From: an uncultured Desulfobacteraceae bacterium
GTDB lineage: Bacteria; Desulfobacterota; Desulfobacteria; Desulfobacterales; JALSRD01
Reading direction: 5' to 3'
Length of the DNA: 64,000 nt
Assembly (NCBI GenBank): GCA_964476595.1
Contig: CAYZCL010000053.1
Span: forward strand, 40,690 to 104,689
The notes beneath the pieces were generated by a model, which was not told the origin of the DNA, ran no database searches, and saw nothing but the letters and a program-made list of their open reading frames with translations. Positions 1 through 11,203 of the stretch are shown here, one piece after another (the stretch's first letter is position 1; each line of letters opens with the position of its first letter). The translations under genes were made by a program, and so were the position numbers.

Positions 1-203
1 TTGCCCCGCGCGTTGAGTATCAGCGACTCGGACAGATCGGTGCCCCGGTCCGTCACCTGCCGCAGGGGCGCCAGGCTGATCCGGAGGTTCAGGCCGGTGT
101 CGGCGTCGGCCACCGGAAAGACGTTGATGTCGTCCAGCAGGTCGGTCCAGGCGCACAGCCGCTCGTAACCGGCAATGCAGGCCTCGGGAAAGTCATATGC
201 CAT
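1..203 (-). CDS. DAK2 domain-containing protein, N-terminal part (gene runs off the left edge)
   Basis: Not in the ORF track because it is truncated. ATG at 203..201 reads MAYDFPEACIAGYERLCAWTDLLDDINVFPVADADTGLNLRISL... The NVFPVxDxDTGxN segment resembles the Dak2/DhaL-type motif. The start overlaps the stop of the upstream thioesterase by 11 nt. Confidence 0.5.
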   Translation of the reverse strand, partial: MAYDFPEACIAGYERLCAWTDLLDDINVFPVADADTGLNLRISLAPLRQVTDRGTDLSESLILNARG

Positions 204-633
204 GGCCGAATCCCAGTGCCCGGCGGATGTCCGCCGGTATTTCGAACTGCATCTCCATGTCGGGCAGCCTGACGGCCAGCTGTTCGCTTTTGGCGCGGGC
301 GCAGACCGCCTGGTCGCTGTCGCGGCGGATGTCGAAGGCCATGGCGATCTTGTAGCGCGCCTCGGTCACCACCGCCCGGCAGGTGAACGCGTCGTTGTGC
401 CTCAGGGCCACGATGTTTTTCATGGAAAAGCGCGTGATGGGAAATATGATCTGCCGATCCAGGGAGTAGCGGTACAGGTCGACGCCGGCCGCCTCGAAGA
501 CGGCGAAGCGGGCGATGTCGAAATACTTGAGGTAGTTGCCGTGCCACACGACGTGCAGCGGGTCGAGGTCGTGAAAAGGGACCCTCAGCCGTACGGCAGC
601 GCTTTTTCCCCCTTTGGATGTCTCGGATGTCAT
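193..633 (-). CDS. Hotdog-fold acyl-CoA thioesterase (4HBT/YbgC-like)
   Basis: ORF 193..867 trimmed to the internal ATG at 633 (MTSETSKGG...). VPFHDLDPLHVVWHGNYLKYFD and overall size (146 aa) are typical of 4-hydroxybenzoyl-CoA thioesterase family proteins. Confidence 0.7.
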   Translation of the reverse strand: MTSETSKGGKSAAVRLRVPFHDLDPLHVVWHGNYLKYFDIARFAVFEAAGVDLYRYSLDRQIIFPITRFSMKNIVALRHNDAFTCRAVVTEARYKIAMAFDIRRDSDQAVCARAKSEQLAVRLPDMEMQFEIPADIRRALGFGHGI

Positions 634-896
634 GTTTCCAGCGTGGAAATCGGGTTCGGACGTACCACCGCGCCGGCCGGTCGGCGGTCCCGCGGCGCCG
701 TCAAGAATTCCTCTCATAGCAGGAAGGCCGGTTGAAGACAATACCCGGCCGCCGACGGTTGAATGCGGGTTTTTTCGCTTATGGCTTGACAGCACGGGGA
801 AAAGGACGCCATTGGTAGACGTCGGAGCGGTCAGGGAGACCGTGAGCGATATTTTTTCGGTATCCATGGTGAAAGCTGAATGGTCGGAAGGGGAAA

Positions 897-2096
897 ATGG
901 AAATGAAACAGGGTCAAGCGATTTTTCAGACGGTTCCCAGGATCGTCTTCGGGGTCGGCAGCATCGAGGGCCTGGGGGCGGAATTGAAGCGCACGGGCGG
1001 CCGGCGCGTGGCGGTGATTACGGACTCCGGTATCGTGGGGGCCGGCATCGACCGGCTGGCGGTCGATGCCTTGGTAAAAGAGGGGCTGGAAGCGGCCGTG
1101 TTCGAAGGCGTCGAACCGGATCCGCGCATCGACATCGCCGGCAGGGCCGCTGAATTCGTGCGGGATCAGGGGGCCGATGCGATTGTCGGCCTGGGGGGCG
1201 GCAGTTCCATGGACATCGCCAAGGCCGCGGCGGTGATCTGCACCAACCCGGATCCCATCGAGGCTTACAAGGGCGTCAACCAGGTCCCCAGGCCGGGGCT
1301 GCCCACCGTATTGGTCCCCACCACCGCCGGCACCGGTTCCGAGGTGACCTCCATCGCGGTGCTCAGCGACACGGCCAACAAGGTCAAGGTGGGCGTGGTG
1401 TCGGACCACATGTTCGCCCGCTGCGCGCTCCTGGACCCGGCCCTGACGGTCAAGCTGCCCCCGCGGGTGACGGCTTCCACCGGGCTGGACGCGCTGATCC
1501 ACGCCATCGAGTCCTACGTCGGGCGCCAGGCATCCTTCATGACCGAACCGCTGGCGCTGGCGGCCATCGAGCTGGTGGCCGAAAACCTGCGAAAGGCATA
1601 CGCCTGCGGCGAGGATCTGGATGCCCGTACCGGCATGCTGCGGGCCAGCCTGCTGGCCGGCATGGCCTTTGCCAACACCCAGACCGGAGCCGCCCACGCC
1701 TGCGCCCTGGCCCTGGGCGGCGCTTTTCACGTGCCCCACGGCATCGCCACCTCGCTGATGCTGCCGGCGGTGATGCGCTTCAACAGCATCGCCGTGCCCG
1801 AAAAGTTTGCCCGTATCGCCGCGATTTTCGGCGAGAAGGTGGCGGGGCTCCCGCCCACGGCGGCGGCACGGCGGGCGGTGGCGGCCGTGATCGACCTGAT
1901 CGAGGACGTCGATTTCGAACTGGGCCTGGAAAACTACGGCGTGACCGAAAGCGACATCCCCGGCCTGGCCGAGGCGTCCATCCTGCCGGCCGCCCGGCTC
2001 TGGAACAACAACCCGCGCAGCGCCACCCGCGAGCAGGTGGAACGGATCTTTCTCGATTCCATGTCGGCGGGTGTTGCGGCCCTCAAGGGGGAGTGA
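897..2096 (+). CDS. Iron-containing (group III) alcohol dehydrogenase
   Basis: 399 aa. Contains GGGSSMDIAKAAA, a PTTAGTGSE nucleotide/metal region and conserved His residues (HAIESY, AHACA..HVPHG). GGAAGGGG RBS lies before the ATG. Confidence 0.85.
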   Translation: MEMKQGQAIFQTVPRIVFGVGSIEGLGAELKRTGGRRVAVITDSGIVGAGIDRLAVDALVKEGLEAAVFEGVEPDPRIDIAGRAAEFVRDQGADAIVGLGGGSSMDIAKAAAVICTNPDPIEAYKGVNQVPRPGLPTVLVPTTAGTGSEVTSIAVLSDTANKVKVGVVSDHMFARCALLDPALTVKLPPRVTASTGLDALIHAIESYVGRQASFMTEPLALAAIELVAENLRKAYACGEDLDARTGMLRASLLAGMAFANTQTGAAHACALALGGAFHVPHGIATSLMLPAVMRFNSIAVPEKFARIAAIFGEKVAGLPPTAAARRAVAAVIDLIEDVDFELGLENYGVTESDIPGLAEASILPAARLWNNNPRSATREQVERIFLDSMSAGVAALKGE

Positions 2097-2147
2097 GGCA
2101 AAACCCGCAGGCGAAGCGGGGTTGAAGGTTTTTGGGCAGCGCCGGCA

Positions 2148-2212
2148 TGTTGCATTTTTGCACCTGCTGGCAGATTTGCCACGTCGCCGGGGTCGCCTTG
2201 TTGCATTTTTGC
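2148..2212 (+). promoter_or_regulatory. Pair of identical 14-bp direct repeats TGTTGCATTTTTGC, candidate upstream activator sites
   Basis: Exact copies at 2148..2161 and 2199..2212, 51 bp apart (about five helical turns). They lie 150-230 bp upstream of a sigma-54-type promoter. Confidence 0.4.
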
Positions 2213-2364
2213 GACTACGGCCCGCCTTCACACTTTCCGGTTCGTTGCGGCAGTGAATGACGGCCGCCGGAACCGGTTTTTCCCATGTATAACATGCCGG
2301 AATTACCAGCGTTCGGTTTTCCGGCGGCCGACGCTGGAGAGATGGGGTGTTTTCGGCGGTCGGA

Positions 2365-2380
2365 AGGCATGCTTTTTGCT
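2365..2380 (+). promoter_or_regulatory. Candidate sigma-54 (-24/-12) promoter for the glycyl-radical enzyme gene
   Basis: AGGCATGCTTTTTGCT aligns to TGGCACG-N4-TTGCW with the correct GG-N10-GC spacing. It sits 72 nt upstream of the ATG at 2452, and a canonical sigma-54 activator gene is adjacent. Confidence 0.55.
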
Positions 2381-2451
2381 CGGGTGTTGGGTGTGGGACG
2401 CCCGGATTGAAGGATCCGCAGGAATGAATCGACCGAAAGAGGGAGAAGAGG

Positions 2452-4932
2452 ATGGATTGCTGTCTTTCACCGCACGAACAGATGATTCAGGACAAGATCG
2501 AGGGCCGCCAGAGCCGCTACCGTGACAGCCATGCCCGCGTTTTCACTATTCTCGACAGCATCGAGGGCCTCAAGCCCCGGATCGACGTGGAGCGGGCCCT
2601 GTATTTCACCGAGTCCATGTCGCGGACCGAGGGCCAGCCGCTGGTACTGCGCTGGGCCAAGGCCATGCGTCACATCGCCGAAAACATCACGGTGTACATC
2701 GACGACCACCAGCTGCTGGCCGGGCGGGCCGGCGCCCAGGGGCGTTACGGCATTCTCTATCCCGAACTGGACGGAGACTTCCTGGACATCGCCGTCAAGG
2801 AACTGCCCAACCGCACGGAGTCGCCCTTTTTCATTAGTGAGGAGAACGCCCGGATCGTGGTGGAGCGGATTGCACCGTACTGGAAGGGCAAGACCTACCA
2901 CGAGGCCCTCAACCGCGCGCTGCCGGAAGACACCCACAAGCTGACCTACGACGACCCCGAGGGGCTCAACTCGCGTTTCATCGTCAACGAAACCTCTTCT
3001 TTCCGCAGCGCGCTGCAGTGGGTCCACGATTACGAGAAGGTCCTCAAACGCGGTTTCGGCGGATTGCGAAGAGAGGCTCAGGAGCGGCTGGAGGCCCTGG
3101 ATCCTTTCTCCCCGCTGGACAACACCGAGAAGAAGCCCTTCCTGGAGGCCATGGTGATCGTCTGCGACGCGATCATCTGCTGGGCCAACCGGCACGCCGA
3201 CCTGGCCGAGGAAATGGCCGCACGGGAAAGCGATCCCCGCCGTCGGGAAGAGCTGGCGCTGATTGCGGCCAACTGCCGGCGCGTGCCCGAGCACCCGGCG
3301 CGCACCTTCCACGAGGCCGTCCAGAGCCAGTGGTTTACCCAGATGTTTTCGCGCCTGGAGCAGAAAACCGGCACCATCATCTCCAACGGCCGCATGGACC
3401 AGTACTTCTACCCTTACTACAGGCGGGACGTTGAAGCCGGCATCCTCGACGACGACAAGGCCATCGAGCTCATCGAGCTCATGTACGTGGGCATGGCCCA
3501 GTTCATCGATCTGTACATCTCTCCCACCGGCGGCGCCTTCAACGAGGGCTATGCCCACTGGGAGGCGGTTACCATCGGAGGCCAGACCCCGGACGGCTTG
3601 GACGCCACCAACGAGCTGACCTACCTGTTCCTGCGCTCCAAGCGCGAGTTCCCGCACCACTACCCGGACCTGGCGGCCCGCATCCACGCGCGCGCACCCG
3701 AACGCTACCTGTGGGAAGTGGCCGAGACCATCAAGGAGGGCTCCGGCTTTCCCAAGCTGATCAACGACGAGGAGGTCATTCCGCTGCACCTGGCCAAGGG
3801 GGCCGCCTTCGAGGAGATTTTCGACTACGCCGTGTCCGGCTGCTCGGAGATCCGCATGCCCAACCGCGACACCTACACTTCCGGCTGCGCTTACATCAAC
3901 TTCGCGGCCGCGCTGGAGACGACGCTCTATAACGGCAAGATGCTCAAGTACGGCGACGAGCAGCTCTCCATCCGGACCGGGGACCCCCTCGAGTTTGACA
4001 ACTGGGAACAGTTCTTCAACGCCTTTACCGCCCAGCAGATCAACTTCATCAAGCACGCCTTCATCCAGCAGTACCACATCATCCGGCTGCGGCACCGGCA
4101 CTTCGCCGCACCCATGGCCTCGGTGCTGCACGACCTGTGCACGAAGTACTGCCTGGATCTGCACACGCCCGACATCCCGGAGGGCATCGACCTGGGCTAT
4201 TTCGAGTGCATCGGGTTCGGCACGGTGGTCGATTCCCTCTCGGCCGTCAAGAAACTGGTTTTCGAGGAGAAGAAGCTGACCATGGCCGAACTGCTCGAGG
4301 CCCTGCGCAGCAACTTCAAGGGCCACGAGGACATCCGCGCCATGCTGCGGAACGTGCCGTGCTACGGCAACAACGACCCGTACGCGGACACCATCGCGCG
4401 GGCCGTCGACAAGGCTTCGCTGGACTTTACCCGGAAGTACGCGCGGGAGCTGGGGGTGCACCTGGACCTGCGCTACGTGCCGTTTACTTCCCACGTGCCC
4501 TTCGGCAAGGTGGTCTCGGCGACTCCCAACGGGCGGTACGCCTACACGCCCCTGTCCGACGGCTCTTCCGCCTCCCAGGGCGCCGACCGCAACGGCCCCA
4601 CGGCGGTGCTGCTCTCCAACTACGCCACCAAGAACTACAACTACCGGGAGCGCGCCGCCCGGCTGCTCAACATCAAGTTCACGCCCAAGTGCGTGGAGGG
4701 TGAGGCCGGAACCCGAAAACTGGTGGACTTCATCCGTACCTTCTGCGATCTGAAGCTGTGGCACATCCAGTTCAACGTGATCAACACCGAGACCCTCAAG
4801 GCGGCCCAGAAGGACCCGGACAAGTACCGCGGCCTGATCGTGCGCATCGCCGGTTACAGCGCCTACTTCTGCGACCTGTCCAAGGATCTGCAGGACGACC
4901 TGATCGCCCGCTATGCCCACGAGACGCTTTAG
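2452..4932 (+). CDS. Glycyl radical enzyme, PFL-fold, non-PFL clade (substrate unknown)
   Basis: 826 aa. C-terminal glycyl-radical fingerprint [13 protein letters not shown] (Gly801). Single catalytic Cys in VSGCSEIR (Cys464, Glu466) instead of the PFL Cys-Cys pair. GGAGAAGAGG RBS. Confidence 0.9.
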   Translation: MDCCLSPHEQMIQDKIEGRQSRYRDSHARVFTILDSIEGLKPRIDVERALYFTESMSRTEGQPLVLRWAKAMRHIAENITVYIDDHQLLAGRAGAQGRYGILYPELDGDFLDIAVKELPNRTESPFFISEENARIVVERIAPYWKGKTYHEALNRALPEDTHKLTYDDPEGLNSRFIVNETSSFRSALQWVHDYEKVLKRGFGGLRREAQERLEALDPFSPLDNTEKKPFLEAMVIVCDAIICWANRHADLAEEMAARESDPRRREELALIAANCRRVPEHPARTFHEAVQSQWFTQMFSRLEQKTGTIISNGRMDQYFYPYYRRDVEAGILDDDKAIELIELMYVGMAQFIDLYISPTGGAFNEGYAHWEAVTIGGQTPDGLDATNELTYLFLRSKREFPHHYPDLAARIHARAPERYLWEVAETIKEGSGFPKLINDEEVIPLHLAKGAAFEEIFDYAVSGCSEIRMPNRDTYTSGCAYINFAAALETTLYNGKMLKYGDEQLSIRTGDPLEFDNWEQFFNAFTAQQINFIKHAFIQQYHIIRLRHRHFAAPMASVLHDLCTKYCLDLHTPDIPEGIDLGYFECIGFGTVVDSLSAVKKLVFEEKKLTMAELLEALRSNFKGHEDIRAMLRNVPCYGNNDPYADTIARAVDKASLDFTRKYARELGVHLDLRYVPFTSHVPFGKVVSATPNGRYAYTPLSDGSSASQGADRNGPTAVLLSNYATKNYNYRERAARLLNIKFTPKCVEGEAGTRKLVDFIRTFCDLKLWHIQFNVINTETLKAAQKDPDKYRGLIVRIAGYSAYFCDLSKDLQDDLIARYAHETL

Positions 4933-5016
4933 CGCCGCTTTTGAAAAACAGGCGGCGGATCGTTCCGGCGCGCGGTCGCGCCGGCTGTTACCGCCTTTGA
5001 AAGAGGCTCGGGTCGT

Positions 5017-5945
5017 ATGCCGCAAAACAACCAAAAGGGACTGATTTTCAACATTCAGAAGTACTCTGTGCACGACGGCCCGGGCATCCGCACGGTGGTT
5101 TTCTTTTCCGGCTGCCCCCTGCGCTGCAAGTGGTGCAGCAACCCGGAGTCCCAGTCCGGCCGGCCGCAGCTGTTCTACAACCGCAACAAGTGCATCACGC
5201 TGGACGAATGCCGCCGCTGCGTGGAGGTCTGCCCGGAATCCGCCATCGGGGCGGCCGAAGACCGCAGGGCGCACATCGACCGGGCCGCCTGCAGCGGCTG
5301 CCTGCTGTGCGCCGAGGCCTGCCCCGCCCAGGCGCTGCAGGTCTACGGGGAGGAAAAGACGGTGGCCCGGGTGCTCGAGCGCGTGGAGCAGGATGGTGTT
5401 TTCTACTCACGCTCGGGCGGAGGGCTTACTTTGAGCGGCGGCGAACCCATGCAGCAGCCGGCGTTTGCCGTGGCCCTGCTGCGCGAGGCCCGGCGGCGGC
5501 GCATCAACACCGCCATGGAAACCAGCGGGTTCTGCGCCGCGGAAGACCTGCTGTCCGCCTGCGAACACCTCGACTTCCTGCTCTACGACATCAAGGTGAT
5601 GGATCCGGATGTGCACCGGGAGGCCACCGGTGTTTCCAACGATCGCATTTTGCGAAATCTGGAGCAGGTGCGCCGCGCCCGTCCGCAGCTGCCCATCCTG
5701 GTGCGTACGCCCGTCATCCCGGGGGTCAACGACAGCCCCGGGGCCATCCGGGCGATCCTGGATTTTATCGGGGGATTCGAGAACCTGCACTACGAGATGC
5801 TTTCCTACCACCGCATGGGAAGCCCCAAGTACGCCTGCATCGGAAAGGACTACCCCATGGGGGACGTGGAACTGGGCGATGACGTGATGCCGGCGCTGAG
5901 GGAGTTGCTGGAAAACGAGTACGGCCACCTGCGCTTCTGCGGCCG

Positions 5946-5949
<4 letters not shown>
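5017..5949 (+). CDS. Glycyl-radical enzyme activating enzyme (radical SAM)
   Basis: CPLRCKWCSNPES radical-SAM cluster motif, plus an insert with two ferredoxin-like Cys motifs (CRRCVEVCP, CSGCLLCAEACP). Lies immediately downstream of the GRE. Confidence 0.9.
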
Positions 5950-7409
<1,460 letters not shown>

Positions 7410-7649
7410 GTGCGCCTCTCGCTTTGAAACCCGCATAGGTTGCCGCGGCGGTCACGATTCGTTGTAACGGCCGGCCGTTGAAAAGTCAACGCGCCGCCGC
7501 GGGGTACCGCATTTCCCCGCCGGGTAGGTCGAAAGTGACGGCCCGGCGTCGGAAGCGGTGTTCAGGCCGATTGAAATGTGCTATGGGTCGTCCTTAGACA
7601 GACCCGGTCCCCCGTGTGAAGCCATCACAACCAGAAAGGTGCGCCCGTC

Positions 7650-8504
7650 ATGAAGAACGTACTTGCCATCCTGGCATCCCCCCGCAAGCTGGGCAACAGC
7701 GAGGTCATGGCCAAGGAGATCAGCCGCTGCCTTTCCGAGCCCCATGAGCTCAATCTCCTGCGGCTGTCGGATTTCGACATTCAACCCTGTACCGGCTGCT
7801 ACCGCTGCCTGTTCAAGGAGCAGCGTTGCATTTTAAAGGACGATCTCCACATCATCCTGGACGCCATCGCCCGCGCCGATGCCCTCATCCTGGCGGTGCC
7901 TACCTACATGCTGGGCGCCAACGCCGTGCTCAAGGTCTTTCTGGACCGGGGGCTCGCCTTTTACGGCTATGCCGGGCGCCTGTGGGAAAAACCGGCCGTA
8001 GGCGTGGCCATTGCCGGCATCCGGGGCATGGAGGGATACACGCCGTTGATGGTCGAAAGCTTTCTCAAGATGATGCTGTGCGACATCAAACAGGTGCGCA
8101 CGGTGTACGGGGCGCTGCCCGGCGAGGTGTTCACCACGCCGGAAAACCGGCAGGCCGCCGCCGAGATGGCCGCGGCCCTGACGGCGCCGACCCCGGAAAA
8201 GGCTTCCTATGCCTGTCCGCTGTGCGGCGGGCAGACCTTCCGTTTCCTGGGCGGGGACCGCGTCAAGTGTATGCTGTGCAGCAACGACGGGCGGCTGCGC
8301 ATGGAAGACGGCCGGCCGTCGGTGGACATCCGCCGCGGCGATCACGTGCTGTTCCTGAGCCGGGAGGAGGCCCTGGCGCACGCCGACTGGCTGCGCAACA
8401 TGAAGGACCGTTTCCTGCAACAGAAGGAGGCCCTGAAAAAGATCGCCCTGGATTACCGTCGGGACGGGCGCTGGGTCACGCCTAAAGCCCCAGGACCTGA
8501 TTGA
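7650..8504 (+). CDS. Iron-sulfur flavoprotein (Isf / NADPH-dependent FMN reductase family) with C-terminal zinc-ribbon-like extension
   Basis: Flavodoxin-like N-terminus MKNVLAILASPRKLGNSE. Compact CX2CX2CX6C motif (CTGCYRCLFKEQRC). C-terminal CPLCGG...CMLCSN pairs. Confidence 0.6.
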   Translation: MKNVLAILASPRKLGNSEVMAKEISRCLSEPHELNLLRLSDFDIQPCTGCYRCLFKEQRCILKDDLHIILDAIARADALILAVPTYMLGANAVLKVFLDRGLAFYGYAGRLWEKPAVGVAIAGIRGMEGYTPLMVESFLKMMLCDIKQVRTVYGALPGEVFTTPENRQAAAEMAAALTAPTPEKASYACPLCGGQTFRFLGGDRVKCMLCSNDGRLRMEDGRPSVDIRRGDHVLFLSREEALAHADWLRNMKDRFLQQKEALKKIALDYRRDGRWVTPKAPGPD

Positions 8505-9135
8505 TCAGCACCACCTTGACGCGCCCCCCGGGAAACGATTTTTCGGTGATGGTCCAGGTGTTGCAGATGCGCTGGGGACTTTTACACTGTTCGCAGACCG
8601 AGGTCTTGGCGCAGGGGGTCTTCATGTCCAGGCGCATGGCGTTGGCCGGGGCGGCGAACTCCTTGATACGCCACATGGCGTCTTCCAGGTCGGCCACCAG
8701 CTTGTTGGCGCCCACCAGCACCACCACATGGCGGGGGCCGAAGGTCAGCGCCGCCACGCGGTTGCCGATCATGTCCAGGTTGACCAGCCGGCCGTCTTCG
8801 GTCACGGCGTTGCAGCCGGTCAGGTAGAGGTCCGCCAGCAGGGCCCGGCGGCGGCGCTCGAGCTTTTCCGTGTCGGACAGGCCTTTTTCGTAGGGGTCGA
8901 TGACCTCGATGCCGTCCATTTGCCGGAAATCGTCCATGAGGCCCGTGGCGCCGAGCGTCATGGAACCACCCCATGAGACACTCCCGGCCCGGACGGCGGG
9001 CAGCACCTGCTCCAGCACGACGCGGCGCGCAGCGGCGGCGTCGTCGGTCAGGTGGACTTCGAAGTTGTTGGCCTCCAGGGCCTGCTTGAGCCGTTCGAGG
9101 CGCACGCGGCGGTAGTTTTCAACGGGATTTTCCAT
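8482..9135 (-). CDS. LUD domain-containing protein (LutC/YkgG-like lactate-utilisation family)
   Basis: 217 aa. Overall similarity by eye to DUF162/LUD proteins (GSVSWGGSMTL..., VVVLVGANKLV). Convergent 23-nt overlap with the Isf gene. Confidence 0.55.
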   Translation of the reverse strand: MENPVENYRRVRLERLKQALEANNFEVHLTDDAAAARRVVLEQVLPAVRAGSVSWGGSMTLGATGLMDDFRQMDGIEVIDPYEKGLSDTEKLERRRRALLADLYLTGCNAVTEDGRLVNLDMIGNRVAALTFGPRHVVVLVGANKLVADLEDAMWRIKEFAAPANAMRLDMKTPCAKTSVCEQCKSPQRICNTWTITEKSFPGGRVKVVLINQVLGL

Positions 9136-9280
9136 GCTCAGCCATCCTGTGTCAAGGTGTGTAGATGATGAATCGGATCAGCGATAGACGCGTCTCCTGT
9201 TTAACACGGAAACCGCGCTCCCTACAAGGGATGGCACGGCCGGAAGCCCGGAAGGCGTCCGTGGGAGTGAAGCCGATTTC

Positions 9281-10864
9281 ATGAAACCGCGCATCGCCGA
9301 CCTGAAAAGAGCCCTGCTGGCCGTGGCCGGCGGCCTGCTGCTGACGGCCGCTTTTCCGCGCCTGGAGCTGGCCTGGGTGGCCTGGGCGGCGCTGCTGCCG
9401 CTGATGTTCGCCGTTCGCGGCCTGTCGGCCCGGGAAGGTTTCCGCATGGGTATCCTGGCCGGCCTGGCCCACTACATGACGCTCGTGTACTGGCTGGTGA
9501 TCACCATGAACACCTACGGCGGGCTGCCCAAGTCACTGTGCGGGCCGATCCTCTTTCTCTTTGCCGCCTACCTGGCGATCTATCCGGCCCTTTTCGCCGC
9601 CGGCTTCGCCGTCCTCTCGTCGCGGCCGGCGCTGTGCCTGGCAGTGGCCCCGGCGCTCTGGACGGCCCAGGAGTACCTGCGCGCCTTCATGTTGTCCGGC
9701 TTTCCCTGGGAACTGCTGGGCTATTCCCAGTACCGCCAGCTGAAACTCATCCAGGTGGCCGACATGACCGGTGTCTACGGCGTATCCTTCGTCATCGTGC
9801 TGGTCAACACGGCAGCCTTCCTGCTGCTGTCGGGCCTGCCGGCCCTGAAGCCCCCGCGAGCGACGGTCTCCGCCGGGCTGCGCATGACGGCCGTGGGGCT
9901 GGTGGTGGTGGTGCTCGGCGGTGTGCTGGGCTACGGGCAGTGGCGCATGGGCGCGGTGGACCGGCGCGCGGCCGCCGCCGCGGCCAAAACGGTCAGCCTG
10001 CTGCAGGGAAACATCGACCAGAGCATCAAGTGGGATCCGGCCCACCAGGAGGCCACCCTGAAGATATACTTTCGCCTGGCCCGCAAAGTGCTGCCGCGCA
10101 AGCCGGACCTGATCGTGTGGCCCGAGACGGCGGCGCCCTTTTACTTCGGCAACGACCGTCGGCTGACACGCATGCTGCAGCACGGGGTGGCCGAGCTGGG
10201 CGTTTACCAGCTCGTCGGCAGCCCCCTGGTGCTGGGGCGCGCCGAGGAGTATCTTTTTTACAACAGCGCCTTTCTGCTGCGCCCCGACGGCACTGTCGCC
10301 GGCCGTTACGACAAGGCCCACCTGGTGCCCTTCGGCGAATACGTGCCTTTCAAGAAGTACCTGCCCTTCCTGGGAAAGATCGTCGAACAGGTGGGGGATT
10401 TCCAGGCCGGCCGGCGCGGGGCCACCATCGCGTGGGAAGGCCATCACCTCGGTGTCCTGATCTGCTATGAGCTGATCTTCGCCGATCTTTCACGCGCCGC
10501 GGCGGCCAACGGCGCCGACCTGCTGGTCAACATTACCAACGACGCCTGGTACGGCCGCTCCGGCGCCCCTTACCAGCATTTTTCCATGGCGGTGCTGCGG
10601 GCCGTTGAGACACGACGCACCCTGGTACGGGCGGCCAACACCGGCATCAGCGGGGTCATCGGGCCCGCCGGGCGCATCCTGGCGCGCACCCCGATCTTCG
10701 AAGAGGCGGTCGTCACCCGCCGGGTGCCCCTGCTGACCGAAAAGAGCCTCTACGTGCGCGTGGGCGATGCCTTTGCCGTGACCTGCCTGGCGGTTTCGGT
10801 GATCTGCCTGCTGTGGCTGGGGCTTGTGACGCATCGTGCTGCGGGGGGCGGGCCCCGTGGCTGA
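9281..10864 (+). CDS. lnt: Apolipoprotein N-acyltransferase
   Basis: 527 aa. N-terminal multi-TM region followed by a CN-hydrolase domain with WPE(T), KxHLVPFGEYVP and ICYE catalytic E-K-C elements. Confidence 0.85.
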   Translation: MKPRIADLKRALLAVAGGLLLTAAFPRLELAWVAWAALLPLMFAVRGLSAREGFRMGILAGLAHYMTLVYWLVITMNTYGGLPKSLCGPILFLFAAYLAIYPALFAAGFAVLSSRPALCLAVAPALWTAQEYLRAFMLSGFPWELLGYSQYRQLKLIQVADMTGVYGVSFVIVLVNTAAFLLLSGLPALKPPRATVSAGLRMTAVGLVVVVLGGVLGYGQWRMGAVDRRAAAAAAKTVSLLQGNIDQSIKWDPAHQEATLKIYFRLARKVLPRKPDLIVWPETAAPFYFGNDRRLTRMLQHGVAELGVYQLVGSPLVLGRAEEYLFYNSAFLLRPDGTVAGRYDKAHLVPFGEYVPFKKYLPFLGKIVEQVGDFQAGRRGATIAWEGHHLGVLICYELIFADLSRAAAANGADLLVNITNDAWYGRSGAPYQHFSMAVLRAVETRRTLVRAANTGISGVIGPAGRILARTPIFEEAVVTRRVPLLTEKSLYVRVGDAFAVTCLAVSVICLLWLGLVTHRAAGGGPRG

Positions 10865-11203
10865 ACCGTCGCCGCGCGGCGGAAAAACCGGCCGCCCACG
10901 GGGAGGGTCCCTGCTGCGGCCGGAAGACCCACGACGCCGCTTCTCCGCGGGGATCGGCGGCATGGTCGTAATTTTTCAACCGAAACCGAGGGTTTCAAAG
11001 AATTGAAACGCTTCGCCCGGGAGGCCGGTTCTCAGGACCGGTGACGCGTTGAAGCCGTCGGGGACGTACGCACGGCAAGGCGCGTAAATTTCGGCATGCC
11101 GGGAAATGCCGTGGTTTTCGCAAGGCCGCCGGACGGGCGGCACGGGCGGATGAGTACCGTCGCGACGAGGCGTCGGGTCACCCGGGTAAAAAAGAGAGGT
11201 TTC

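Noticed and set aside
2467-5274. 935-aa ORF on the minus strand spanning the whole GRE and part of the activase gene
   Set aside because: It is antisense to a gene with unmistakable GRE motifs. Its translation is low-complexity and Arg/Gly/Val/Ala/Leu-rich with no motif. This is the typical stop-codon-poor antisense frame of a high-GC genome.
9232-9247. Perfect TGGCACG (-24-like element) upstream of lnt
   Set aside because: The downstream sequence reads GCCGGAAGC, so there is no TTGC -12 element, and the GG-to-GC spacing is off by one. Sigma-54 promoters do not tolerate spacing changes.
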